Shown: positions 62,975 through 64,000 of the stretch, piece after piece | How positions within the stretch are numbered: position 1 is the stretch's first letter | Layout: every line of letters starts with the position of its first letter | DNA from: Eledone cirrhosa | Lineage: Eukaryota | Length of the DNA: 64,000 nucleotides | Direction of reading: 5' to 3' | Assembly: GCA_964016885.1 (NCBI GenBank) | Contig: OZ024755.1 | Location: 39,370,001-39,434,000 of the forward strand | Made by a program: the position numbers and the translations under genes | Notes under the pieces: model-generated | Seen by the model: only the letters and a program-made list of their open reading frames with translations | What the model was told of the DNA's origin: nothing | The model's database searches: none

Positions 62975-63928
62975 CGTTGCTTCAGTTCCTCTATGATAAT
63001 ATTTAGCCTTTTCCTCCTAGTTTTGTACTTTATTTCCAGTCTATTTTTAGTGTCTATGTTTTTTAGCGTCCCATTCAGTAGGGACTCAAGCTTTCCAATG
63101 TCATTTCTCATTTCCCTGATTTGACCAGTCAGTCGTTTCCCACTATCATTGTTCATTGTGGATTGGCAGTATCGGTAGAGGGTCGGACGCCATGCTTTCC
63201 AGCATAGTTACGTCCCTTTACGATCTGAGTTCAAATCCCGCCGAGGTTGACTTTGCCTTTCATCATTACGGGGTCGATAAAATAAAGTACCAGTAATGCA
63301 CTGGATAATTGCTGGCCTTGTGCCTAAAGTAGAAAGAATTGTTCATTTCATCTACCACTAAGTTTAGGATAGCAACCAAATCATGTCCTAGCCCGTCAGC
63401 ATTCATCCCCTCAATGGCCGAATCTTTGTTCCAGGTATTATTTATTTCAGCATTCAGATCATTGTCTGCTTCGGATGGTTCCTCCGTTCTCTCAACCTCT
63501 TCACCTTCATTTCCAACTGGCTCATTTGTCTGGCATACTCCACTCTCCATTTCCAACCTAATCTCTCTGCTCAGTTCCTCCAGTTCCAGCTCGCTTATCC
63601 ACCCATTAGTTCTTATTACACGAGACTGCCCGGCCAATTTTTGTTCTTCTAATTAAAATAGACCAATCTCGTTCCAGATGTTATGCATCCGTTTCCTACA
63701 GCCTTTTTCCTTGGGGTTACTCTTCAGGTAACATTGCATAACAGTTCTATTCAATTCTTTCGTCCAATTCATTCTGGTCCCTTTCCTTCTTCTTCCTCCG
63801 ACACAAGCAGTATTTGGTTGACAGCCAGGTCCCTGCTGCTGGGCCAGGGAGCACATGCTGAGTGAGAGTCTGTCACATGACATTCCAGTCTCCACTTCAC
63901 CGTTATTCGAACTGTTTAGGTTCGACAT
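62975..63928 (-). mobile_element. 5' (N-terminal) fragment of an R4/Dong-like non-LTR retrotransposon ORF, interrupted by a SINE
   Basis: WTKELNRTVMQCYLKSNPKEKGCRKRMHNIW...F*LEEQKLAGQSRVIRTNGWISELELEEL and KRLTGQIREMRNDIGKL...LEIKYK....LNIIIEELKQR resemble the conserved pre-RT region of R4/Dong-clade proteins as I recall it. There is an in-frame stop at 63653 and no RT in this fragment. Confidence 0.72.
63158..63337 (+). mobile_element. tRNA-derived SINE with 10-bp target-site duplication
   Basis: A-box-like TGGCAGTATCGG (63164-63175), B-box GAGTTCAAATCC (63227-63238), body GACTTTGCCTTTCATC..GGGGTCGATAAA..AAGTACCAG and tail GGCCTTGTGCCTAAAGTAGAAAGA. Flanked by ATTGTTCATT at 63148-63157 and 63338-63347. 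Resembles octopus SINEs from memory. Confidence 0.9.
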
Positions 63929-64000
63929 TGAAACACTCTTATCGAGGATTGGTGAATGTATCGTTACATAACCACCGCTGATTTCATCACCTCCGCTAAT

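Noticed and set aside
63164-63245. tRNA gene
   Set aside because: A and B boxes are present but there is no full cloverleaf. It continues into a SINE body and tail and is bounded by a TSD.

Overview
Eukaryotic (animal) repetitive DNA with no intact host gene. Bases 1-52673 are one head-to-tail array of a 21-bp A/C-rich unit (CTACCTGACACACTAACAACA, about 2,500 copies, open at the left window edge). The array has nested higher-order duplications of 0.19-5.5 kb, and all long ORFs in the track there are by-products of the unit being 3x7 nt. The last 11 kb is a pile-up of decayed retroelements: a 5'-truncated Tx1/L1-type LINE inside a (TCTA)n microsatellite; the 3' end of a Penelope-like element (GIY-YIG) with a co-oriented minimal type I hammerhead ribozyme; a near full-length sibling Tx1/L1-type LINE; and the 5' part of an R4/Dong-like element split by a tRNA-derived SINE with a 10-bp TSD. 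From memory, not a search, the SINE resembles the abundant octopus SINEs, suggesting a cephalopod host. The best leads are the hammerhead, possible microsatellite targeting by the Tx1-like family, and the satellite architecture. I found no convincing wholly new gene system.
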